DNA of 45,868 nucleotides from Catajapyx aquilonaris (Eukaryota). The DNA lies in assembly GCA_000934665.2 (NCBI GenBank), contig JYFJ02000808.1, positions 62,001 to 107,868 of the forward strand. Reading direction: 5' to 3'. Of this stretch, positions 1 through 13,439 are shown one piece after another. The notes below the pieces were generated by a model. The model saw nothing but the letters and a program-made list of their open reading frames with translations, was not told the DNA's origin and did not search any database. How positions within the stretch are numbered: the stretch's first letter is position 1; each line of letters begins with the position of its first letter. The translations under genes and the position numbers were made by a program.

Positions 1-381
1 GCTAGTTTAATGTTTTGCGGTTTACAGTGTACTTCTTGCACAAACTGAAAACAAATCTCAGTACATTACCACAAACAAAATCAGCCTTGGTATTGACACA
101 TTAATAGCAGCAATTTTACTCCCATCACGTGAGACACCATGACTCAACAGGGGTTAACTCTCTCACGACACCCAAGATCAATATGTAAGATATATCAGGT
201 GAGAGAGAGAGTGACTGGAAAGTGACCCATCATTCCATCCAAAGTTACGGGATACGAGATCGATTTGGAGGGTAATTTTATGCCTTGGAAGAAAGTTACG
301 TCGAACCAAAAGTGAAATGGACTCCCTTTTCTGTAAGAAAGTACAGGTCACGCGACGAGGGCTTTTTCTTACTTGGAAAAT

Positions 382-445
382 GGGGGGGGGNGGGGGGGGG
401 GGGGGGTGGTTGGGTGTGGGGGGTGGGGGGTGGGGGGTGGGGGTG
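382..445 (+). repeat. Poly-G / G-run low-complexity tract containing an N
   Basis: Direct reading; ambiguous base at 391. Confidence 0.9.
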
Positions 446-943
446 TCGACACACCTTGATTAGTTCGCAAGTCAAACACGGATCTCTAATTGGGCCACTT
501 TATATGTTTAATCTTTGGGGGCAGGCAGGCTTACCACAGGAGATCCATCTCTTCTGCTGCCATGACCCCTGACTCCAACCTTCCACATGGTGACCCTCCT
601 CACTGACTCACTCAACTGCTTGCTTTTGCTTCCTATACTTACCTAATAACCCTACCCTTTTCTCCCCCACCACCACCTTTTCTACCCCCTAGAGACCTCC
701 CCTCTTTATAACAACCCCCCCACCAAACATGGCAAGCCTGGGAAGTTCCAAGTTGGGTTGTTTTACTCCCAGTTCGCACGATAGGAATTATTTTGTTGAG
801 AGAAACAGTGTTATTGATTGCCCAAAATCATCCGGATGTCATGGCTTCAATCCGATTTGTGGCCAATGGGCATGCAAACCAGATGATGGCTCCAAGATTG
901 CAAATGTATTTAATGTAAAAAAATATTCACACGATTAACGCTA

Positions 944-1177
944 CACTGTAAACTGAAAACCATTAAAAGAGCATAACCCATGGAGCATCAATTGTAATGC
1001 CATTGTAATGCTTCTTTGTTGCTAAAAAGCAACACAAGAACCATTACAAGAGCATTAAAAATTGTTTCTCTTTTACTGTAATGCTTTTTGTAAATACTCT
1101 TGTAATGCTTTCAGCAACCAAAAAGCATTATCAGAGCATTAAATTGATGCTTTTGAATGCTTTGATGATGCTTACAG
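944..1177. mobile_element. CACTGTAAAC-terminated repeat family with internal (TAATGC/GCATTA) motifs; related pieces at 1-29 and 33805-33995
   Basis: TA|CACTGTAAACTGAAAACCATTAAAAGAGCAT matches CATTGTAAACCACAAAGCGTTAAAAGAGCAT (33805) and the reverse complement of 1-29; shared ACAAGAGCATTAAAAATT. Confidence 0.6.
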
Positions 1178-2499
1178 ACGACCAGTGTCTCATCCTGAGA
1201 GCTAGTCAATCCAGTGTGTTGCATGCCTCCCAGGATAAACTCCCATTAAATCACTTAGCGTGACCCACCATGTACTACACAACTAATTACGTGGTATGTC
1301 CTAACGAGGCATATAATTTTCTTTTAAGCCCGTGATTTTTTTTACCCTCCCTTTATAGTGTAGGAGTGGCCAGCTCTGGAGGTAAATCGATGGTACCTCC
1401 CCCATCTCCCCTACAACAACAAAAAAAAACTGAATTTGGACCGTACTACCCTGCACTTGGTACTATCCAGGAAGTAAGGCAGGTGGGGAATTGGGCCAAA
1501 TTGAGGGGGGCAGATTGCCTTTGGGGGAATACTACCCACACAACCACCAATGAATGACTTTATGACTGCCTCCTGGATACACACACATCTAATGCACCTT
1601 TAAGGTGAGTTTCCTACTGGGCAAAGAACCCTTGGTCCAAGGACGATCACTTCAGCTAATTGTGTAATTACAGTTGTAATTTGGAACGACGTGACGTTTA
1701 TGAAGGCTCGGTTATGAAAGTTGAGCCAAACGAAGCTTGGAACGGGCGAAGGTTGAGATTACATCCCGATAGCATCTCGTAGGCGATGCATTTTTTTTAA
1801 TTCTATCGATGCAGCAGTTCTGTTCAGATTAGGCTCCATCTGCGATTGGCAGAAGCTGATTAAATTTTATGGAACCAAGATACATTGGTGATTTGGGATA
1901 AAAATCCGTGCCACGATGTTTCAGTGGGTCCCAAATTCATGATTGCAACATTCGACTGCGGTGTCTAAATGGCCAAGAAACGGCAGGAGGTATAAGAAAC
2001 TACCGCGTGGCATGTTCCCATCCGGCAAACTTCCCGTGAAAAAATTACAGGTTCAGCTTCTATGACGTGCAGCTTGACTTACTATAGGTTGAAGACGAAA
2101 AAGGGGTTATTTTGCTAATTGCAAGCACAGGGGGAAAAAGGAAGGAGACATTGTGATGGTGTCAGCCAGTGCACAGTTTCTTCACTTGTCCCTCTCATAA
2201 AATGATTTGTGACTCATCAATGATATACATTGTCCAATATTTATCTAGCAATTACCCAACTTTTCAAGAGAATAATCGATAAAAATACATAGTTTCGCTA
2301 CCTTTATCTGCGATGCATATAATATATCACCTAGACACATGGTGCAATTTCCTCCCAGACACTATTGCGTAAAACCCTCTAAAAATTGAAAGGAGATAAG
2401 TATTACCACTCAGGACATCGATTCACGCTTTTCATCAATTAAATTCGGTACATCCTCCAGTCGCCAACAACCAAGAGAATATAATTATACACCTCTCAC

Positions 2500-2997
2500 C
2501 TGTGAACTACCGGAGTCGTCATAAGAAGTGACCACCACTACCGGAGTCTGCCTCCGAACATTTCTTTCCGTCTTTGCCCCATCACCTTGATACCCACCCC
2601 TGACCCTACCCTCTTCAGCACGTAATTGCTGTGAGGTGGCAAAGAGTTGATCAGCCTCAGCCAAAGGAATGCACAAGGCAGACCTGGATCGTGCTTGAGT
2701 CAAATTACTCCGTAATGATTGGTGGTCATGTAGGACAGCTCGAGAGCCATGTGGCCGCATATCTCGTGGCCAGTCTTCGTCGTCGCTGTTTGGGTCCTGA
2801 TTGACCATGTCGTCTTTTGCGTTTTCGTTGCCCATTTGGTCTGAGAAATTGTTTAATATCGAGGGTATAGTGGAAGTGCCAGAGGTCGTGGTTATTACGT
2901 GGTTATAAGAATTTGCATCACCGATTCCGTAATCTCGCCAGTGACCCAAGATGGCGTCGGGCAGCACACTTCGACACTTATGGTCTAAAACTGGAAC
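2500..2997 (-). CDS. Probable coding exon of an unidentified gene (disordered, low complexity)
   Basis: About 180 open codons ending exactly at a strong donor CAG|GTGAGA (2500/2499); several candidate acceptors near 2985-2997; no recognisable domain. Confidence 0.4.
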
Positions 2998-5900
2998 TAG
3001 GCGAAAGTGCAAAGTCACATTTATTACTGTAATCATATTCGCAATTTATGGCACGACAGATCAAAACTAACTTCTGGAATGTACTTCAAATCGTAAGACG
3101 AAAAACTGTTCGCCGAAAGGTAGACTTGGGTCCACGAGAGGGACGGACAAAAGAAAAAAAGTGCAATAGTCAGCTATTCACCTGTGAGATAGACCTGTAC
3201 TTAAGATACAGGATAAGTGCTGGTGTAAAGATCATATTGACATCCATACCGTTCAAATAGCACCAGATAAGCTCGGACAGTACAAACTCCACCACTTTTG
3301 TGCCGCTCTTATGTGTCTCAATGTGACCAATCATAAAGTCGAGTCGTGACTTAGATACTTTGCACTGTAACACATTGAATATCGCTTTATGCACCTCTTA
3401 CTAATACTAATTGGAGATAACTGCAACATCCGGGAATAACTCGGGAGGGTACAGTTCGCAATACCAAAGTCCTCGGCCTCCAGACAAGTAAATCCAGACA
3501 GAAAAATTAGTCTAAACTGGTCTCACGCTTGCGGAAAAATCCTTGACCCCCTTGTTATGCTTGGTAATACATATATTACACTGCCAAACACGTACACATT
3601 CAAGCGTCAAAAACAAAGTCGTCCAACTAATACTGCCTGACGCCCCCCCATTTTTCATCGACAGCCAAAATTACCTCGGGTTTCTAATTTACTCTCACAA
3701 AGCCCCCTTCTTTTCTCCCCCAATCTGACTGACAAATGAAGATCCCCGTGCATACAGACATTGCAGTTGAGGAGCATTATGAGGTATGACAGTCGAGGCA
3801 GAGCAGCCCCCACCGGTGCTAGGCGCCACGAGCACTGCTAAGTTCCATAAACACTGGTAATCTAACTAAAACCAAAAAGAGTCAGACCGAGTTACAGAAT
3901 GGTACCAAGGGGAAAACCCTTCGTGACAAACACCTCACGACACACTTTTCAGGAGGCCACTCCCTTCCGGTTCATCTCTTATGGACTCACGTGTGGTTAA
4001 TGAGACTTTTGGATGCTGCTCTATACTCCCAATTAGAGGCCATTTTCCATCCGGTTTATTGCCTGTCAAATCGAACCCTTTTGTGTCATTAGGATCCCGC
4101 AGGGTTAGGATGAGATGGATGGGTCTCAAAAACGGCCGGCCACCGAGGGGGGGCCCACTTGGCGAAATTTTTGGCAGGAAAAAAAAATCGTGGATGACAT
4201 CTTCATCTTATTATTTACCTCTGGCACAACCACTTATCACTAATTTTTTGACCACAAACGGACTAATTGGCCCCAAAAAAATCGACACCAAGTTTTTTGA
4301 CAGTCACACCAAGTCTGGACACAAACACCGCACTCAGTCAGGCCTCCTAAAGGTGTGAACCTCACCGCAAACTGCAGGCTGGCAAATATTGGCCACCCCA
4401 CTACTAAAAGCACCCCACATCGACGTCTTTCCGACGTCAATTTAGACGGTCGCGACGCCCACCTTCCCCTTTTAAAAAAAAGTAACCCGTGCGTGAACTC
4501 ATTAAAATAGCTGATCATATGTAAAAGTTAATTGCAGGTAGGAAAAGGAAGACTTCTTTAACTAGTCCACGCGATTTTGGCCTTATCAAGGGCAATCATC
4601 AATTTTAAGGGCTGAGCAGTTCCTTCTGCGAAAATGCAATCAATGGTGTCAGCTACGTCTATTGTACAGTGAGATGGGATGACCTCCCGTGATCGCTTTA
4701 ATAATCCTGCATGGAAAACTATCCATCATCTTACACTCATGTTGAAAATGAAGGGCAAGGCGAAAGGAATTCAGGGAGAGTTACATAAGGGCACAAACCC
4801 GCCCCCAACATCATCAAAATACGAAACAACATCACGATTAACTCGTCTTATCCTTTTTTATAGCCATTTAGACATTTCACAGATAACTGACTGCAGCAAA
4901 CAGAAACCAGACCAAAGTACGAAGGATAATCATGGTTATGTGACTGAACCGGCTCAATATTTATTGTAGTTTCACACCCCATGTGACATTTGAATTGTTT
5001 CTAAGTCCACTCTGCGCACGGTCACTGAGTGCATCTCAACATTTCCCCAGTAGCCTGCATCAAGAAACTAAAAGGCTCAATATTTTTGCAGTAATATGTG
5101 TGGCTATTATTACAATTTATTGAATGGCTCCTTTGTATTTCCATTCTCAGAACCGATTCCCATGCCGTGTACATGATTAAATCGCAACTTTAACCTGATG
5201 ACAGCTGGACACTGGCAGTCCATTATTTTTAATAATCCTGCAGGCACTTGACCTCCCTGGAGGTCGCAGGTGCCACTTCCCTTCGGAACCCACCCAAGTT
5301 GTGTTGGCTCAATTAATTACTTACTGGAACAAATTTTTTTTTAATGGAAAAAAGTAGGTTGAGTACAGAAAAAGCCAGCAAAGTTGTCAAAAACTGAGTT
5401 TCGAGTGCATGACTTATTGACCAAACGACAAAAATTGAACTATCCTTGCAGGTTTATCTGGCCTTGGTAGGTCACTAACTCTAAAAGATACGTTGTTGTT
5501 CTCAAGATAGCCCCCGTCCCGTCGTCGATGCCTAATCTACACATATAGATTACAATTAGTGTTTGGGAGGCAGCGGTGGGGGAGCCAGTGGATGGGGGGG
5601 TCTCAGCAGCCAAGTCACATTAGACACCTGAGGTTCCAGCCGATTATAGCAATGGAGGCCTAAAAACTGCTTCATTATCTCCTCTTATAGACAAATCTGG
5701 AATCTTATGATACCGTGCACATATAGCCAGGATAAATATGAGTGATAGCCAGACCAAACGATGCTACTGGATGTCACGTCAAATTGTCTGCTGACATTTT
5801 TATAGGCATGTAGTTAAGTAACTGGTTGTACTAACTCAAATATGTATTGTTAATGTTGTAGGTTTAATTGGGACATTAATTTGATGGTGTGTTATGCAGT

Positions 5901-7671
5901 AATGTGTCAACCCACAAATATACCCAAATAAAAGGATCATACTTCATTCAGTTAAAATCAAGCTGGCTAAATCTGCATACTTCTGCCATAAACGTATGAC
6001 TGAAAAGGACACTGAATTAATTTCACAGGTGGGACATTCAAGGTCTCTGTTCTCATGTGCATGTTATTGCATAACGCCGTCCAATTTGCATTCACTTGGT
6101 GACACAGTGTCACTTTGGAGATCCCTGGCCACCACTTTGGTTTTCCTTCCTGTTTTTAGGCCAATAGCTGAATCATGCCCAAAAACTGAACACAACCAAA
6201 GACCATTCCGCCAGTAAATGATGGCAAATAATATAGAAAATAATTCTAGCATGGGATGAACCAGATATAATCCTCATACGGTATAAGCAAAGGCTCGGAC
6301 TTTAGACCTGTGTTGTGATATCGATGCCATGCTGGGGTGACCAAATAGGAACGTATCTGATTTATATTGCACCAAGTGCCTAAAGATTTTCACCGTAAAT
6401 TTACAAGCAGCAATTACGTCCATCGATTTGTCACCATACATGCCTCTGCGGTGACCCCTGACGCATCAGAAATATCTAATGGTAACTGTAAGAGCTGACC
6501 AAACTACATCAGACACCTTCGAGGTCATGCCGAGGTCTCCACCCTGCCCTACCATAAATTCCATAAGGGTTATCTATTGCTGTGGCTTGCAGTCATGTTT
6601 AACTAGAGCAAAAAAAAAAGTCATATCAGTGTACTGTAAGTTAATTCCATGAACGGGGCACTTAAGTTAATATAATATGTATAATTTCTGGTACAATGCT
6701 ATGGCACAATTCTTCAATGGCCAATTAGAAACAGGTCGTGATAACCAGGCCCTCATCATTCATATGCCAAATCTAAAGAGTGCTATAAAGTACCTGAGTA
6801 CGTCTGAACTACCAGACACCAACATAAGGTGTTAGTCAGACAGGAGAAATTTTATCTTGATTGCAAAGCATCATCATCGTCGGGGGTTTTAATCTCTGAT
6901 TGTCGCAATATCATTTGGGAGGCCCTTTGCACCTTGTCACATGCACTGACCTTGAATGTCTGGACTGACCACTTCCAATCTCAGTTTATAAATAGCTGTG
7001 TATTGCAATTGCATCAGTCTGTGATTTCCATCTCATCCTCCAAAGTCCTTTCCTACTTCGTCGGAAGATAAACTTCATATTTCTCATTAAATGTACTTAT
7101 TTTTCTTATACATTTATACTTCATGACGGATATAACAGTTATCAAGTTGACGTCTTTTATTTGAAAAAAATTACTCAATGATGTTTGGCTGTGACAAAGC
7201 ATTAATTTCATATACTCGATGAGTGATACGAAATGAACTTTGCAGCCATTGATAAACGTTGATCCTGTAATATTAAGTTGTTCAGGAAACAAACACTTAG
7301 GCCCCATATTTATTGGTAAGTCCTTTGGTATTTCATTTATTTTAATGAAAACTGTACATTTTTTTTACTTAACTCTAAATTGTGAGGTATGGAGATGCAC
7401 AAACTGAACCCGTGAACCACTTTATACATAAGACAATGTACAGGATGGGTGGGAGCAATGTTTCATAACACCTTTGCGTCACAGAGCAAAGACGTTGAAC
7501 ATTTGAAGGGGCATATGATACATCAGAATGACACCGTTCGTTATCATGACACAGAGTTTCACGTGTGGAAACGCTGCTCAAGGATGATTGACGGCGCTAA
7601 ACGGGATGTGGGTGGAGTGAAGAGCACCAGGTCAGTGACCTTTTTGTACATATGTAAAAGAAGAATACAGG

Positions 7672-10600
7672 TCACGTGACCCCATTGCTGCCTCGCTTGT
7701 ATTCATCTTCATTAGCAAGCACCTCATTCCATATAAACCTGAGCTGTGTTGGCTTCTCCTTCAATGGAGGCTTAAGTGTACACAACCTCAGCACTTGACC
7801 AAAAAGGTCCTGTAGAACGTAGAGTGGAGCTTGCAGATGATAGTAGACCAGAAATGGCACAGGGTCCCACACTGCAAATATGGCTTCCTCACTTCTGAAG
7901 AGCATCTTGATCAAATTATAAGCCTTGGTGAATCTGAACTCACTCAGCAAGTCATGCAACTCTTGGTGCAGCCAGTATTTTGGCTTGGATGTCTCAGCCG
8001 GACCTGAAATTTCTTTCACCCTCATCAGGTGTTGGCACCTCCTCCAGGGGACTCCATCATGCTGAGACAAAATCAAGGGCAAGGAAGCTCCAATCTGGCA
8101 CCCCAGAGGCACCAGAGTCTTGCGTAGACGCCCAGCATAAGGTTTCACAAACTTGAATGTGAAGTATCCAGTCATGCGAAGTGGTAGATGTGCTAGAAAG
8201 TGCTGTATCCATGCAATCACCTCTTCTCCGGCAATTAGCTCCAAACCAGCAGAATTCACTCGGCAGGTAACATTTGATACCACATGATTGTCCTTCACGG
8301 AAGTGCATGTCACGAACTGGTGGCCCTCTGGTTGTTGAAGAATCACCCAAGGCTTCTGCTCACTGGGTAAAAACAAGTGTATCAAAATTTCTTTCTTGAG
8401 AGATTCTAGCAACAATTTGTTCCCACATAAGACCAATATAGACCAATGTAGCATTATTACAGGGCAATAAAATTTGTGCACACATAATGCTCTTTGCCTT
8501 CAGTAAACTACTCTGTTTTATTACATGACCTGCATAGCAGAACCAAGGGTTACGCAACATTCATGGCACATATAACATGACTCACCTAATCTTATGCCTG
8601 AGGCATTCTCGCATGAGGTCCAGCTCCTTGGAGGCCAAGTCTACTCTGACACGCCTGTGACCATTGCAATGAACTCCGCCATTTGCTGTGGCAGTCATTC
8701 CATCAACAACCCCACCAGTGCCATTGGTTGTGCCACCTACTCCATTTCCTCCATTGCTTACATTCCCAACATTTACACCATTGCCTCCAACTATTCCTCC
8801 TCCTACAACTCCTCCACCAAGCATCACATAAGAATCCTGCTGGAAAGCACCTCTCTCGAATAAGGTCATGACTTGCTGGCGATCAGTCACTCGGAAGCAT
8901 ATTGGTATGGGAAGACCCATCTGGTTGGCCATGTCCAGAAATTCGTAAATTCCTTCTATAGCCCAGACTTCTTTGACAGCTGGGCAGAAGCAAAAGCATC
9001 CCAAACGCTCCAGATGAGGCTTAGCAAAGGCATCATAGTAAGCTGCAGTTGATTGGCAGAGTGGCACATAAAAGTTCACCTGTGGAGAAATAAAAATATT
9101 ATTACTGATTTGCAATCACAAGTCTATACACAAACATTAAACATAGAAAATAGCTCAATGTATGGCGCATGGTTCATGAAAAGTAACTATTTCAAGAATA
9201 CTGCCGTAGAATTCAGATGATATACCTTACAGTATGTTACACCCCTTTGTAACAATATTTTCAACCTTAGCCTAAGAGCAGGTGTATTCTGAATAAAAAT
9301 TAAGGATGATACCTCTCATTTTGTAGCACAATGCATTGCAAATGGCTATAAATATTAATAAAACAATTTCCTAATAATTTGTTTTCATACTACTGGCCCT
9401 TATATTCTGCACGCAAAAAAGCACTAGTAGAATGTAATTCTGATAATTGCTTAATTGTGTAGTGCACCCTGGGTTTGATTATTATCTAACATGCAGTGTT
9501 ATTATGGGTGAGAAATAATTCAGAAGAAACTAAATCTGAATACCAAAGTTGTGCTACCTAATACACCTTTTACGGCAGGAAAAATTGAGCCCCTGTGCAG
9601 AACATCCTGGCAAAATTATTTACATGACATTTAAGATCTCATGAATTCTTATGACATATAAATTGCATAATGTTAATTCTGGGAGGAAAAACTAACGGTA
9701 AATTTTCACTTAGCAGTTGCAGTATTCTTCTGTAGAAAGCTAGTAGAAAGTCTTATTTTAAACTTGTTTCTATGATAAGGAATCTTAAAAGAAGAAATTA
9801 AGGAATGAGCCAGAGTAAAATTCTCGTTACAATATTATTTTCTGGCTGCACAAGTTGGCAGAATCTTTAAAGATTTGACACATTTACAGGAACAAAGTCA
9901 CAAAGCCCAGTTAAAACATCATGCCATCTCAGGTATTATCAGTGAAAATTTCAGAGATGCTTACTTCTCCACCGTTACACTCTCACCAATCATAAATTCA
10001 GCCTTAGAACAGTTCTGAGTCACAATGGGCAACAATACCAACAATGTAAATAACAATTAATGGCTTACTAAGGCTTACATAGGAACTGACATAACTATGT
10101 CAGTTCCTACTCTGAGGCTGAATCAATATTGTACCTCGCAACCTTCAAGTGGGACACAATTACACATAAAAAGGAACTGTACATTCAATGGTATTTCCAA
10201 CTGTTCGTACAGCTTCCCTCCTATATTTGAAGTTGCGGTGAGAGATGTGAGCATCCACAAAATTTACACCAATGCTGGCATAACTCACTTTACAATGCTT
10301 CATTAATGTGAAACATTCAATTCGATTAATTTTTATTGTTATCGGCCCTTGCCTTGTTCTTACAGTGCACGCACACATGTGAGCTGAGCATTTTTTATAT
10401 GGAATATTTTTACTTGTCCATTGTGTTTTCAGCTTCGAGCTCTTCTGAACTTAACATCTGATATTTTGATGTAAACATGTTTTAAGGCTTTTTACATGCA
10501 GTAGCAAGTGAAAAAGGCTGTCATTTGCTTTACATCGGTGCTTTGGAACCAAACCCACCATGCTAGTGAGATATGCCTGTACAGACCTGAGCTGATACCG

Positions 10601-12008
10601 GTACATTTTGTTCCACCTGACATTAAAAAGTAAAAAAATCAAGGCTAATTTTCAAAAATATTTTGAGCAGTTCACTGTGACGAGTTGACCTTTGCTCTGT
10701 TTTTTATGGCATGCCTACTAAAAGAAGTTCGGATATCTTTGTTTATACTTCCAGTCCAGAAAAACTTAACCCATTAAGTGAATAGGTCAATTTTTTAAAG
10801 TTATCAGAAATGGTGTCACAATGCGGCTACAAGTGCCACTGACCAGATTTCCACAGCTATGATGGTCCAAATGAATTTGACACCCACAGATGCTACAGTC
10901 TTGTCAAGATTAGCCCATGCATTGAGGCACTAGAACCGGTACCTGCACCATGCTAATATTGTACCTCAATATGTTGAATCTGACAAATGATACGAGTTAA
11001 CTTACAAAAATCACAATGGTGTTCTGATTAATCTTGTTTGGCACAATGTGGTAATGGAAAAATTGTAATACCATGGTCAAAGCCTACCATGTTGAAAGAT
11101 ATTTTCATTTGACCACGGGATAGGTAAAAAATTGAATAACCAGATAATTCGTAATTATGTGGTAATAAAAACATTATTTTTAAAATCTCAAATAATTGTT
11201 ATTCTGATTGTAACATAATGATCCAAAATACAATCCCACTTCTGAAAATAACCTTAAGAATTTTAGCAAACCACATCTGATAATAAATACACACTGACAA
11301 GGAATTCTCACTTGCAACAGAACAAACAAAAAAAGGGGGAAAAAATCACAAGCATAGAGGTTCAAACCTTGTAACCTTCATTAAAAGTGATAAAATAAAT
11401 GATATACACTGCTCTGGCACTAATGTTATCTGTGTTATCAGCTTTCCTATAAAAATTTAATACCTCAAATATAATCCTACAGGGCAACAGGAAATGCAAA
11501 AAAAAAAAAAAACACTCCAATGTTCGTCACTCAAACAGGTACGGTAACTCACCTGTTCCTTGGATACGATGTCACAGAGTGACCTCACGTAAGCCTGCGG
11601 ACACAGTGCTGGATCGGGGAGACTGTAGAAGCGTGCCACAGCCACTGAGAACCTGGCAGGGCTCAGCATCCTTCCCCAGGTTGACACACCTGTCGTTCCC
11701 GTCCTCACCTCACAGAGCACAACTCTCATTCCGCCTCGGTGCAAGTTCCTTGCCAGGTGCAACGCCTGCACTGTGCTGCCTCCACTCAACAGCACTGTCT
11801 TTGACCTCACTTGTGGCATTATAGCCACCAGCCCCAGTGGGAAGGTGAGCAGGACCAGAGCCCACTGGACAATCTTCCCGGTAACCCAGAGGACCAAGGT
11901 GACACCCACCGCTGGCCCCAAAAGCACACTTTGGGACCAGACTATGTAAGCAGCCGTCCGGATAGCCAGGTGCAGGACCACCCGGGCTTGATCTGCCAGG
12001 CCAATCAT
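7672..12008 (-). CDS. MysC-like ATP-grasp fold protein (homologue of cyanobacterial mycosporine-glycine ligase), about 546 aa, 3 coding exons
   Basis: Exons 12008-11553, 9079-8586, 8362-7672 join in frame through GT-AG introns (phases 0 and 2). Motifs VLLSGGSTVQALHLARNLHRGGMRVVLCE, RFSVAVARFYSLPDP, PQAYVRSLCDIVSKEQVNFYVP, YYDAFAKPHL, QKPWVI, WIQHF, SKPKYWLHQE, WDPVPFLVYYHLQAPL are collinear with MysC/Ava_3856 as recalled; hydrophobic N-terminus as in MysC. Confidence 0.85.
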
Positions 12009-13366
12009 TGTCTCTCGGACCAAGCAGGGGGGTTAGGGTGATGCTTCAGGCCATTATGTTGTATTTTCGGGGATTGTGTGTAGGGGACGGTCCCCCCCGA
12101 ACGCGGCGGCAGACAAGGCAGCACTGAAGCAATCTAATCAAGCTGGCCTCATCCTCATTCAACGGAGCTCCTTATCATCCGCGGACTCTTTCCACGGATA
12201 TACATTACACATTCCTGGAGGACTTGATGTCTCTCAAACCACGTGCTGCCCAAGTGGTTCTTCAACATTACATCAGCGAAGTGCACTGTCAGTGAGAAAA
12301 TGTGTAATAATATAATATTCAATATATTCTTCTAATTGAATCTCCAAGACGCTTTCGATTGAGTGTAATCTTTTCACAGGAATATAGAAATGTAGGAAAT
12401 CAGTCATGCAAATAAGGAAAGTAAAAAGTACTTATTTTAATTATAAAAGTGCAAAATTTACTTATATTTTATCACCAAAAATTTGGTTCATTTAGAATGA
12501 CATAGTGACAATATAACTGCCACAATAAGGTTTCAAAAAGTAGAAGCTTAAATGCTCACCTGAGTTAAAATAACCGGCTGCAAACATTCATTCAGCTTCC
12601 ATCCTCTGCATGTCTCGCATCATAATTTGGATCTGCTTGTACAAGTAGCCTACTAACACCACGCACAATTTCCACTAATCCACGACCGAGCCGTAATGCA
12701 CACACGTAACGGAACTGTAGGATGCACTGGTTTAATTGCCACCGCTCTTTTTTGGATTCATTTCTGCCCTACAGTATACCAGGGACTTGGAGTTTGGACT
12801 TGGGTTCAGTCAGATTAGAGAGAATTAGAAGGAAAACAGGGAGGTGGCAGTGAGGGTGGAGCGAGAGGGTGGGGAGGTGGGAAGGGGGATACTTCCTAAG
12901 CACAAAATATATAAATATTACAAAGTGCATATAAAGGATCAGCGAAAAAAAAGGGATCAAAGTATCAAGCGACCCTCAGAAGAAGTTATTGGTGCTTAAC
13001 TTAGGCACACCCCAATTTCAAGGCAAAAAGTGTGACGGGATGTCATATGCCATTGAACTTTGGAACTTGACTTTTTTGGTGACCGATTTATATCTGGCAT
13101 TCAAGCCCGGAGTGTGACAGCTATGAAATGTCATGAGAAACTTACACACTTTCATTTCACATTAATTTAACCATTTTAACGTAGAGCACAATGAGCCTAC
13201 TACAGTATATTCGCAATGGACAAATATTCGACAAGTCTCCATGTCAGTTTATCCAACGTGACAATCATGACAAAATGATTCAGATGAATTTTGTATCTTA
13301 TCTAACAGGTACAAGAAGGGTCAAGGGAGGTCAACTTCAAAGTGACCCCTAAGAAACATGAGAGAG

Positions 13367-13370
<4 letters not shown>

Positions 13371-13436
<66 letters not shown>
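13371..13436. repeat. (TA)33 microsatellite
   Basis: Direct reading. Confidence 0.98.

Positions 13437-13439
<3 letters not shown>

Noticed and set aside
285..572. Gly-rich 95-aa ORF / G-quadruplex
   Set aside because: Produced by a poly-G tract containing an N; low-quality sequence.
2003..4070. Similarity between RGMFPSGKLPVK (about 2003-2042) and RGHFPSGLLPVK (about 4034-4070)
   Set aside because: Only about 35 nt, no extension into flanks; cannot be distinguished from chance.
7672..12008. Bacterial contamination as the source of the MysC-like gene
   Set aside because: It has two spliceosomal introns (one 2.5 kb) and is contiguous with animal genes and repeats.
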